From sequence record SRR20825019_488: a DNA stretch of 20,000 bases. One strand, 5' to 3'. Under the pieces are notes generated by a model. It saw only the letters and a program-made list of their open reading frames with translations, made no database searches and had not been told where the DNA came from. Positions 1 to 7,564 of this stretch are shown piece after piece. The position numbers were made by a program, and so were the translations under genes. Positions within the stretch are counted from its first letter, which is position 1. Each line of letters begins with the position of its first letter.

Positions 1-36
1 TTTGTTGTTGGGCTGATCACGCTCGCCGGCAAACTC

Positions 37-67
37 GTCTACGGGGCACCTTGCATGCCCCGTAGAC
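37..67 (-). terminator. Stem-loop downstream of the DUF6160 gene (terminator or mRNA-stabilising hairpin)
   Basis: Perfect 12-bp inverted repeat GTCTACGGGGCA (37-48) / TGCCCCGTAGAC (56-67) with a 7-nt loop, 10 nt past the stop of 78..887. The U-tract is weak. Confidence 0.55.
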
Positions 68-77
68 CGTTTGGTCA

Positions 78-887
78 CTAGTGACCGTACACCCGCATCT
101 GGGTATTGGTGATCGCCAGATCATCAATGAAGATCTGGCCGATCGAGGCCTGCCCCACAATCACCTCCTGCATTCCGATGTCCGCCGCAAAGCTGGGCAT
201 ATCGATCGCCAGGGAGGAACCACCGTCTGCACGCTGGCCGTTGTAGATATACAGGTCCACTTCCGCGAACAGGTCCAACACGCTCGGGAAGGTCTGGTCG
301 TAGTCCGCACCGGTCAATGAAAGACCACGAATGCCCACGGCCGCAAACGGCACATCGAAATCCATTACCTCAATGGCAAACGCAGAACGTAGCCGCATGA
401 CGTCGGTGTCTGTATCAATGTGAATAGAGCCACGCCCCAACACACCTTCAATGAACAGGTTGTCCATCAGCGCCGTGTTCTGGCCGCCCTGCCCCCACAA
501 TTCCCACGCACCGGAGGTCACACGGAAATCTATGGCATTGAAGAATTGCGGGCGGATATTGATGGCCGCATCGCCGTCGGCGAGCACATCAATATCGATA
601 CGGATGTTGTCCAGCAGATCATTGGAATCTGGCCCACCCAGGCCATTGAAGCCAAAGAAGTCTGTCCGTTCCGCACCGCCGATGCTGATATCGCTGATCG
701 TCAGCGACCCTTCATCGGTATAGATAAAGCGGTCCATATTGATCTTGGTTTCCAGCTCAATGGACACACCGGCCTGGCCGGTAATGTTTCCCATTGCGCT
801 ATCCTCCAGCATCACAATGTCTGCCATTGCGGCAGCAGGCAACCCTGCGACGCCCAGCGCAAGCAGTGTTCGTTTCAGGCCTTTCAT
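78..887 (-). CDS. DUF6160-family secreted protein (FilA-like, putative pilus/filament-associated)
   Basis: 269 aa. Signal peptide MKGLKRTLLALGVAGLPAAAMA, then 'LEDSAMGNITGQAGVSIEL...YTDEG', typical of the DUF6160 proteins abundant in Marinobacter. Confidence 0.75.
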   Translation of the reverse strand: MKGLKRTLLALGVAGLPAAAMADIVMLEDSAMGNITGQAGVSIELETKINMDRFIYTDEGSLTISDISIGGAERTDFFGFNGLGGPDSNDLLDNIRIDIDVLADGDAAINIRPQFFNAIDFRVTSGAWELWGQGGQNTALMDNLFIEGVLGRGSIHIDTDTDVMRLRSAFAIEVMDFDVPFAAVGIRGLSLTGADYDQTFPSVLDLFAEVDLYIYNGQRADGGSSLAIDMPSFAADIGMQEVIVGQASIGQIFIDDLAITNTQMRVYGH

Positions 888-1048
888 TATTATGTTCCTT
901 TTATAGTAGTTTTCACTTCCTGTGGGCCACTACCTCTTACGACTCCACATCACTACTTTAGCGACAGGTACAAAACGGGTACGTGCATCGGTCACATTTA
1001 ACTGACTTTATGAACCTTTTTTCAGATTTTTCGCTGCGCACTTTTTGA

Positions 1049-1064
1049 CCACAACATCTAGTGG
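1049..1064. promoter_or_regulatory. NrdR box
   Basis: ccaCaAcATcTaGtgg matches the palindromic consensus acaCwAtATaTwGtgt and lies upstream of an RNR operon. Confidence 0.7.
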
Positions 1065-1150
1065 TTTCCAGTAAAATGCCTCAACGCGGCGTTTCTGCGG
1101 GCATTTCAGGATATTCAAGCATTCATCCATTGATTTTCTTTCGCTATGAG

Positions 1151-1229
1151 CCGCAATCTATAGTTGTCTTCTTATTCACAGACCACTATATCCTGTTATA
1201 CTCATCTCATATTCACCCATATATAGGGT
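1151..1229. promoter_or_regulatory. Three tandem NrdR boxes (1151-1166, 1183-1198, 1214-1229)
   Basis: ccgCaAtcTaTaGttg, ccaCtAtATcctGtta and cacCcAtATaTaGggt. Start-to-start spacing is 32 and 31 bp, the characteristic NrdR tandem spacing. Confidence 0.75.
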
Positions 1230-1338
1230 TTGCTCGGCCCGCTCACCACAAACGGCGCGCCAGTAAACCACGCGGGTGACCATCTTTCCTGAAAACCCGC
1301 TGTTACGCCCTTTCCAAGGCGGGCAGCAGGTTAGAAAA

Positions 1339-1354
1339 ACACCAGATCTAGTGT
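1339..1354. promoter_or_regulatory. NrdR box
   Basis: acaCcAgATcTaGtgt, a near-consensus palindrome about 120 bp upstream of the nrdJa start. Confidence 0.75.
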
Positions 1355-1470
1355 TTCACCGGATCTGAAGCATAACGGCCTTCCAGGCTGAGACATCTTA
1401 ACGACACATGGGGTATGGCCGGCTGCGGTTTGCAACGGCCATCAAAAGACATACCGGACATCCGAGGGTG
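1355..1470 (+). ncRNA. Possible structured nrdJ leader (candidate nrdJ RNA motif)
   Basis: Long 5' leader with a hairpin ATGGCCG...CGGCCAT and an alternative GTATG/CATAC pairing just before the RBS. A conserved nrdJ RNA motif is known upstream of proteobacterial nrdJ genes. Not verified with a covariance model. Confidence 0.3.
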
Positions 1471-1473
1471 GCA

Positions 1474-3612
1474 ATGAACGCTAAAGCACAGGCAGTGATA
1501 ACAACAATTCCAATGCAGGAAGCTTCGCTGGACATCTGGAACAGCAAGTACCAACTCAAAACCAAGACCGGCGAACCCGTCGATAAGGACATCGAAGCAA
1601 CCTACGAGCGTGTTGCCACTGCCCTTGCCGAAGTGGAAAACAAAGCCAACCGCGCCAAGCACAAGAAAGAATTCGTCTGGGCCCTGCGCCACGGTGCCAT
1701 CCCCGCTGGCCGCATTACCTCCAACGCCGGTGCGGAAGCCCACAAACCAGCCACGTCCACCATCAACTGCACCGTGTCTGGCTCCGTTCAGGACTCCATG
1801 AACGACATCCTGGAAAAAAACCACGAAGCCGGCCTCACCCTCAAAGCCGGTTGTGGTATTGGTTATGAATTCTCCACCCTGCGCCCCCGCGGCGCCTACG
1901 TTGCCGGTGCGGGTGCCACCACCTCCGGCCCGCTGTCGTTCATGGATATCTTCGACCGCATGTGCTTCACCGTGTCTTCCGCCGGTGGCCGCCGTGGCGC
2001 GCAGATGGCCACCTTCGACGTACACCACCCGGACGTCATCGACTTCATCCAGGCCAAGCGTGAAGACGGCCGCCTGCGCCAGTTCAACCTGTCGCTGCTG
2101 ATCACCGAAGACTTCATCGAAGCCGTGCGCAACGGCGACGACTGGCACCTGTCGTTCCCCGTCACTGAAAAAGAAGTGGAAGACGAAGGCCTGGACCTGT
2201 CCGACGAAACCCAGTTCGTGTACCGCGACTTCCCGATCCAGAAGGGTTACGTGGTCAATGGCGAAGGCAAGGTTGCGTGCCGCATCTACCGCACCCTGAA
2301 AGCCCAGTTCATCTGGGACACCATCATGACCAGCACCTACGACTACGCCGAGCCAGGGTTCATCCTGATCGACAAGGTCAACCAGATGAACAACAACTGG
2401 TTCTGCGAAGACATCCGCGCCACCAACCCCTGTGGCGAACAGCCCCTGCCCCCGTACGGCAGCTGCCTGCTGGGCTCTGTGAACCTGACCATGTTCGTGG
2501 ACTACCCGTTCACCGACAAGGCCAGCTTCAACTATGAGAAGTACCGCAAAGTCGTGGGCATCTTTACCCGCATGCTGGACAACGTAGTGGAAATCAACGG
2601 CCTGCCGCTGGAAGAGCAGCGCCACGAAATTACCTACAAGCGCCGCCACGGCATGGGCATCCTCGGCCTGGGCTCCACCCTCGCCATGCTGCGTATGCCG
2701 TACGGCTCGTCCGAATCCGTGCAGTTTACCGAAGAAGTCGTACGTGAAATGGCCGTGGAAGGCTGGCGCCAGTCCCTGGCCCTGGCCGACGAAAAAGGCC
2801 CGGCGCCGATCATGAACGACGAGTTTGAAGTCACCCCCAAGATGCTGACCAAGTGCCCGCAGCTGTCCCAGGACGGCTACAAACTGGGCGACAAGCTCAA
2901 GGGCAAGGTACTGCACGCCAAGTACAGCAAGTACATGCAGCAGATCGCCGGCGTAGAGCCGGAGCTGATCGAGCAGCTGGCCGAGAAAGGTGGCCGCTTC
3001 ACGCACCACACCTCCATCGCGCCCACCGGCACCATCAGCCTGTCACTGGCCAACAACGCCAGTAACGGCATCGAGCCGAGCTTCTCGCACCACTACGCGC
3101 GTAACATCATTCGCGAAGGGCGCAAGACCAAGGAAAAAGTCGACGTATTCTCCTTCGAGCTGCTGGCTTACCGCCACCTGGTTAACCCCGGTGCCATGCC
3201 CTTCTCCGAAGAAGAAGACAAGCGCCTGCCCCATTACTTCACCACGTCTGAAGACGTGACGCCGGCGCAGCACGTGGACATCCAGGCCGCGGCCCAACTG
3301 TGGGTGGACTCGTCCATCTCCAAGACCGCCAACGTGCCCCAGGACTTCGCGTATCCGGACTTCAAAGACATCTACATGTACGCCTACGACAAGGGCCTGA
3401 AGGGTTGCACCACCTTCCGCTTTAACCCGGAAGCCTTCCAGGGCGTGCTGGTTCAGGAGAAAGACCTGGAAAACACACTGTACGAATTCACCCTGGACGA
3501 CGGCAGCAAGGTGACCCTCAAGGGCAACGAACAGGTGGAGTACGACGGTGAGCTCCATAACGCCGCCAACCTGTTTGATGCGCTTAAAGAAGGCACCTAC
3601 GGCAAATACTGA
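1474..3612 (+). CDS. nrdJa: Adenosylcobalamin-dependent (class II) ribonucleotide reductase, large subunit
   Basis: RNR motifs TINC, GGRRGAQM, ATNPCGEQ (thiyl Cys/Glu), GSCLLGS, IAPTGTIS, SISKT and KGCTTFR. No ATP cone. Start reassigned to ATG 1474 after RBS GAGGG (712 aa). Confidence 0.95.
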   Translation: MNAKAQAVITTIPMQEASLDIWNSKYQLKTKTGEPVDKDIEATYERVATALAEVENKANRAKHKKEFVWALRHGAIPAGRITSNAGAEAHKPATSTINCTVSGSVQDSMNDILEKNHEAGLTLKAGCGIGYEFSTLRPRGAYVAGAGATTSGPLSFMDIFDRMCFTVSSAGGRRGAQMATFDVHHPDVIDFIQAKREDGRLRQFNLSLLITEDFIEAVRNGDDWHLSFPVTEKEVEDEGLDLSDETQFVYRDFPIQKGYVVNGEGKVACRIYRTLKAQFIWDTIMTSTYDYAEPGFILIDKVNQMNNNWFCEDIRATNPCGEQPLPPYGSCLLGSVNLTMFVDYPFTDKASFNYEKYRKVVGIFTRMLDNVVEINGLPLEEQRHEITYKRRHGMGILGLGSTLAMLRMPYGSSESVQFTEEVVREMAVEGWRQSLALADEKGPAPIMNDEFEVTPKMLTKCPQLSQDGYKLGDKLKGKVLHAKYSKYMQQIAGVEPELIEQLAEKGGRFTHHTSIAPTGTISLSLANNASNGIEPSFSHHYARNIIREGRKTKEKVDVFSFELLAYRHLVNPGAMPFSEEEDKRLPHYFTTSEDVTPAQHVDIQAAAQLWVDSSISKTANVPQDFAYPDFKDIYMYAYDKGLKGCTTFRFNPEAFQGVLVQEKDLENTLYEFTLDDGSKVTLKGNEQVEYDGELHNAANLFDALKEGTYGKY

Positions 3613-3640
3613 TCCCGGGAACCGACACAGGACAACGAAC

Positions 3641-4330
3641 ATGACCGTTAAAATCAGCAACAAAATCGTCGGCTACCGCGTAAAGAAAGCCGACCCAGAA
3701 GCAGCACAACCAGCCGCGCAGCCGGAAAACAAACCGGTTGAGATGAACGAATACATCGAGCGGCCGGACTTTCTGCTGGGCACCACCTACAAGATCAAGC
3801 CGCCGGTGGCCGAGCACGCGATGTACATCACCATCAATGACATCCTGCTCAACGAAGGCACCGACCACGAAAGCCGGCAGCCGTACGAAGTATTCATCAA
3901 CTCCAAGTCGATGGAACACTTCCAGTGGGTTATCGCCCTCACCCGCGTTGTCTCCGCCGTGTTCCGCAAAGGCGGCGACGTAACCTTCCTGGTGGAAGAA
4001 CTGCGCAGCGTGTACGACCCCAACGGCGGCTACTTCAAGAAAGGCGGCGTATTCATGCCCTCACTTGTCGCCGAAATCGGCGCCGTGATCGAGAAGCACC
4101 TCAAGGCCATCGGCCTGATTGAAAGCGAGGAAATGAGCGAAGTCACCAAACGCATCCTCGCCGAAAAACGCGCCGAATTCGAAGCCAGCCACACCACGGC
4201 CACGAACGACGACAAAGCCGGCGACTACCCACCCAACGCCACCATGTGCGGCAAGTGCAGCACCAAGGCGGTGATTGTGATGGATGGGTGCGCGACTTGC
4301 CTGTCTTGTGGCGATAGTAAGTGCGGTTGA
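3641..4330 (+). CDS. nrdJb: Class II ribonucleotide reductase small (C-terminal) subunit
   Basis: MTVKISNKIVGY...TYKIKPP...YITIND...PYEVFINSK, with a C-terminal Cys cluster CGKC...DGCATCLSCGDSKCG. Immediately follows nrdJa; AGGA RBS before ATG 3641. Confidence 0.92.
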   Translation: MTVKISNKIVGYRVKKADPEAAQPAAQPENKPVEMNEYIERPDFLLGTTYKIKPPVAEHAMYITINDILLNEGTDHESRQPYEVFINSKSMEHFQWVIALTRVVSAVFRKGGDVTFLVEELRSVYDPNGGYFKKGGVFMPSLVAEIGAVIEKHLKAIGLIESEEMSEVTKRILAEKRAEFEASHTTATNDDKAGDYPPNATMCGKCSTKAVIVMDGCATCLSCGDSKCG

Positions 4331-4356
4331 GGTGATTGACTGCGATGTGTGATGAG

Positions 4357-4395
4357 AAGGCCTGGAGTGTGAAAGCTTCGGGCCTTTTTTGTTTT
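4357..4395 (+). terminator. Rho-independent terminator of nrdJab
   Basis: AAGGCCTGGAG / CTTCGGGCCTT stem followed by TTTTTTGTTTT. Confidence 0.85.
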
Positions 4396-4500
4396 CGCTC
4401 GGATGTAATCGCCTGACCGCTTCGTTATTACGTGGCGATATTACGACAGAGCTAGGCATCCGACTCGCAACATCTTGAAATATTGGCGGCTTTTAGGCGT

Positions 4501-4591
4501 GCGTTCTATATTTTTGCGGAATAACGACGCGCAGTAATGCCGAAGTCACGTTTTGGAATATTGAAGCGTTCTATCAAGTACGCAGTTAGGT
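4501..4591 (+). other. attI-like integron recombination site at the head of the array
   Basis: Core site GTTAGGT (4585-4591) is the exact complement of the first cassette's inverse core ACCTAAC (5990-5996). The upstream sequence is not palindromic (so not an attC) but has direct repeats GCGTTCTAT (4501, 4566), GGAATA and CGCAGT. Confidence 0.6.
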
Positions 4592-4642
4592 ATAGGCGCT
4601 GATCGAAAAATATCTTTATTTTTCAATAACAAGGAGAACGAA

Positions 4643-5584
4643 ATGCCAAATGTTGTAAGTATGATTAATTGGAAGGGTGGCGTGGGGAAAACATCACTTA
4701 CGCTACATCTCGCGTCAGGTTTAGCTACACGGCATAGTAAGCGCGTTCTCCTGATTGACCTGGATGCTCAGTGCAACCTATCTTTTTTAGCTGTCGGCCT
4801 CTCTCCTTATGTTGACCACACCTATAAGCGTAACGGGCCAACATTGAAAACGATTTTTGATGCATACTTTGATCGTAGTTCTCTGAATCCAAAAGATGTG
4901 ATCTTGGAGAAGCAGGTTCGTGCGCGTGCCGGAAAGATATACACCCAAGTCGGTATCATCTTGTCTCACCAAGAACTCACCTTGCTAGATATGAAGCTTG
5001 CTCGTGAAAAGAGGTCGGGGAAGGACCATAGAGAGGAAACCCGATTTGAGATAGAAAAGCTTTCTGTAATTAAAAATATAATAGACTCAGTTTCGGATGA
5101 ATACGATTATGTACTTCTAGATTGCCCACCAAACGTCAATCTGGTTACCCAAAATGCTTTTTTTGCAAGCGACTACTATGTTGTTCCGGCGATTCCAGAT
5201 TTTTTATCAACCGTTGGTATCTCTTTGATTACAAAATACATGGATCAGTTCAATAAAGATTATAGTTCGATGTGGAGTTATGCAGGGCTTCCTGGAAGTT
5301 ACAACGATACAAAGTTTGGTGGAATTATTTTCAACATGGTTGACGAGTACGGTGGTGGTCCTAAGGACGGTCATCAGCAAATCATTAACTCCACTGCGTC
5401 GCAACTTGGCAAAGGAGCAGTTTTTGATAAATATGTTACGGATGGTGATGGCATGTCAGCGGCAGCACAAGTAAATCTTCCTGTATTTGCTTTTGCTGAC
5501 CTACCACGATCCCAGCAAAACGCCCAAAAGCAAGCTACGTATCTTGAGGGCGTGGTCGATGAGTTTATCACGCGAATTATATAA
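4643..5584 (+). CDS. ParA/Soj-family ATPase (cassette 1, gene 1)
   Basis: Deviant Walker A KGGVGKTS, A' motif LLIDLDAQCNLS, Walker B YVLLDCPP. RBS AAGGAG. 313 aa. Confidence 0.9.
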   Translation: MPNVVSMINWKGGVGKTSLTLHLASGLATRHSKRVLLIDLDAQCNLSFLAVGLSPYVDHTYKRNGPTLKTIFDAYFDRSSLNPKDVILEKQVRARAGKIYTQVGIILSHQELTLLDMKLAREKRSGKDHREETRFEIEKLSVIKNIIDSVSDEYDYVLLDCPPNVNLVTQNAFFASDYYVVPAIPDFLSTVGISLITKYMDQFNKDYSSMWSYAGLPGSYNDTKFGGIIFNMVDEYGGGPKDGHQQIINSTASQLGKGAVFDKYVTDGDGMSAAAQVNLPVFAFADLPRSQQNAQKQATYLEGVVDEFITRII

Positions 5585-5596
5585 GGTGGCTAATCT

Positions 5597-5995
5597 ATGA
5601 AGACACATGAGCTAGCCAACCAACTTGAATTGTTGGCAAAATTACTCAGAAGTATGCCAGACACTGAGTTTAGTGAAGCAAGTGGAGAGCAAGTGCAGCA
5701 CTCTCTACAACTATTTGAGAGCAAAACTACTAAGCCTTCTTCTCGTGCCAACAAATCATTGCCAAAAGGAATAGAAGAAAGCCTCTCAGGGAAATCTCCG
5801 GCTGAAATTGAAAAATTCCTTAGTTCCGAGGATGAGAACTTTTCCCTTAATAATCTCTTAGAGTTTGCGGAGCGTTTAGGTATTTCTACTTCAAAGCGGC
5901 AAAGCAAAAGTGCAGTAATAAACCTCATTACTAGGCATTTTGAGGCAAAGCAAATGCATTCGATAATTCGCAACACTAAGCCCGATGATACCTAA
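5597..5995 (+). CDS. Hypothetical ParA partner with a C-terminal Rho_N/HeH-like helical motif (cassette 1, gene 2)
   Basis: 132 aa, 12 bp after parA with no attC between them. The stop TAA lies within the attC inverse core. 'SLNNLLEFAERLGISTSKRQSKSAVINLI' resembles helix-extension-helix nucleic-acid-binding modules. Confidence 0.7.
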   Translation: MKTHELANQLELLAKLLRSMPDTEFSEASGEQVQHSLQLFESKTTKPSSRANKSLPKGIEESLSGKSPAEIEKFLSSEDENFSLNNLLEFAERLGISTSKRQSKSAVINLITRHFEAKQMHSIIRNTKPDDT

Positions 5996-6073
5996 CCAAA
6001 ACAGGCACGGCGACGGCTACTCCACTGCGGCTGCGCCTCCATTCCGTAGCCGCGCGTGCTGTTGGCGTTAACG
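5990..6073 (+). repeat. attC site 1 (84 bp)
   Basis: ACCTAAC...GTTAACG with palindromic arms (CAGGCACG/CGTGCTG, CGGCTAC/GTAGCCG). Homologous to attC3 and attC4. Confidence 0.9.
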
Positions 6074-6095
6074 TTTTATCTATCAGAAGGAGTTC

Positions 6096-6743
6096 GTGTT
6101 GTCTCTGAAAGGTTTGATTGAAGAAGGTGCTGTAGCGAAACGTCTACTGAAGCCCGTTTTTTCGTGGGGTAGAGGCTCCTGGTTCAAAAGGCTTTTGGTT
6201 TTAAGTCTGTTTGGTCTGATTTTTATCACTGGTTACTACCTATTACTTCAGTCACTGCTTTCAGAGGTCAGAAAGCATGATGATCAGGTGTCAAAAGAAA
6301 GGAATCGGATTGTAGACGCAAGTCTCTACCAAGCAACGATTGGTTTTGCGGAGCTGTGTCTTAAACCGGCAACGATAGATAAAGAGAACGCCTCTTGGTA
6401 TTGCGAAAAGGCTTTGCAGTTGTATAAGAACAACAACAAAGGAACGCCACCTGAATTAAGGAATGAGATTGTCGAACGTAAGGCGTACGGGGCTATGGTT
6501 GCCGACATGGAATCTCAACTTAGAGGTATCAAGCTAGATCGACTTGATCAGACGTCCCCTGCTCTTGATTGGCTTGATCAGATATTGAGCAAAACTGGTA
6601 TGTTTTTAACATTGTCCTTGGCTCTCTTCGGTATTTTGGCTTTGGTGTACGGCCTATATTTACACCGTGACAATTCGGAATCTGATGAGCCAGAAGGGGG
6701 TTCCAGTAATTCTCAAAACACGTTAACAAGTGGGTCAAGCTGA
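6096..6743 (+). CDS. Hypothetical membrane protein with two TM segments (cassette 2)
   Basis: GTG start with AGGAG RBS. Hydrophobic stretches at about aa 33-54 and 167-187. The ORF reads into the attC. Confidence 0.7.
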   Translation: MLSLKGLIEEGAVAKRLLKPVFSWGRGSWFKRLLVLSLFGLIFITGYYLLLQSLLSEVRKHDDQVSKERNRIVDASLYQATIGFAELCLKPATIDKENASWYCEKALQLYKNNNKGTPPELRNEIVERKAYGAMVADMESQLRGIKLDRLDQTSPALDWLDQILSKTGMFLTLSLALFGILALVYGLYLHRDNSESDEPEGGSSNSQNTLTSGSS

Positions 6744-6798
6744 CCGGGGTAAGTCCAACAATGTGCTTCGCACGTTGCCCCTTCGCAAAGCGTTAGGC
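6721..6798 (+). repeat. attC site 2 (78 bp, different family, right arm degenerate)
   Basis: CGTTAAC (complement of the previous core GTTAACG)...GTTAGGC, with a central hairpin CAATGTGC-TTC-GCACGTTG. Confidence 0.75.
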
Positions 6799-6809
6799 AT
6801 GAGGGAGTT

Positions 6810-7301
6810 ATGGATAATTCTGACTACATAGCACTTGGATCGGCTGTAATTGCTTTGGCGGCTTTTGGAGTCGCCATATGGCAGGGACATATAAGCCGAC
6901 GGCACAATATTTTGTCAGTTAAGCCACGCTTTCATATTGATAAGAGCTATATCGAAGGCCTTCACTATCGGCTGGAGAGTCAGGGGCTAGGTCCTGGAGT
7001 AGTGAGAGAATTTTCCATTCTTGTGAATGAGCAAGAAATTACCGACCCTACAGAAGATCCATGGCCCGACATATTCAAAGCTCTAGGGGTAACCGGGATC
7101 AATTATGATTTTCACATCCCGGCGGTTGGATCAACCCACGCACCCAACACCTCAAGGCAGCTGCTAAGCGTTACCTTTGCCAATATTTCAACTGACCCCA
7201 AAGTGATTGAGACGATTGATCAAGCAATAAACTTTAGGATTAAATTCAAATCACTGTATGAGAATGAGATGTTCTCTTACAAAGGGGGGGAGGATGCCTA
7301 A
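6810..7301 (+). CDS. Hypothetical protein with an N-terminal membrane anchor (cassette 3)
   Basis: GGGAG RBS. N-terminal helix IALGSAVIALAAFGVAIW. The stop TAA lies inside GCCTAAC. Confidence 0.75.
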   Translation: MDNSDYIALGSAVIALAAFGVAIWQGHISRRHNILSVKPRFHIDKSYIEGLHYRLESQGLGPGVVREFSILVNEQEITDPTEDPWPDIFKALGVTGINYDFHIPAVGSTHAPNTSRQLLSVTFANISTDPKVIETIDQAINFRIKFKSLYENEMFSYKGGEDA

Positions 7302-7380
7302 CCATCGCAGGCACAGCGACGGCTTCTCCATTGCAGCTTCGCCTCCCCTCCATTCCAAAGCCGCGCATGCTGCAGGCGTT
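7296..7380 (+). repeat. attC site 3, interrupted at GTT by a MITE (original core resumes at 7549-7555)
   Basis: GCCTAAC CATCGCAGGCACAGCGACGGCTT...AAGCCGCGCATGCTGCAGGC GTT. Aligns with attC1 and attC4 apart from a 5-bp CCTCC duplication. Confidence 0.88.
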
Positions 7381-7548
7381 GAGGCTGTAGAAAATGTCCC
7401 GAGGTATTCTGGGGTGGCGCTCATACGTGAAATTTGAAGGATTTTTCGGAGCAAAATATGCCTCAGATTTTATGAAAAGGCGCTATTTTTAGTGCGAAAT
7501 TTAAACAACTCGAGGCTTCGAAATAACTCTGGGGTTTTCTACAGCCTC
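7381..7548. mobile_element. MITE / non-autonomous IS derivative (168 bp)
   Basis: Perfect 14-bp terminal inverted repeats GAGGCTGTAGAAAA (7381-7394) / TTTTCTACAGCCTC (7535-7548), flanked by a GTT direct repeat (7378-7380, 7549-7551). No internal gene. Confidence 0.85.
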
Positions 7549-7564
7549 GTTAGGCGAGAATCGA

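Noticed and set aside
1348-3009. 553-aa minus-strand ORF (and 3043..3663)
   Set aside because: Antisense shadow of nrdJa produced by strong GC3 codon bias; no recognisable motifs.
4270-4330. Shift to T-ending codons at the 3' end of nrdJb as a sign of integrative 3'-end replacement
   Set aside because: No duplicated nrdJb 3' end (attR) was seen in the window, and similar relaxation occurs at the nrdJa 3' end.
4396-4585. LexA box expected near an integrase promoter
   Set aside because: No CTGT-N8-ACAG match was found by eye.
4643-5995. Chromosomal or plasmid parAB locus
   Set aside because: No ParB domain, parS repeats or rep gene, and the pair is bounded by cassette core sites.
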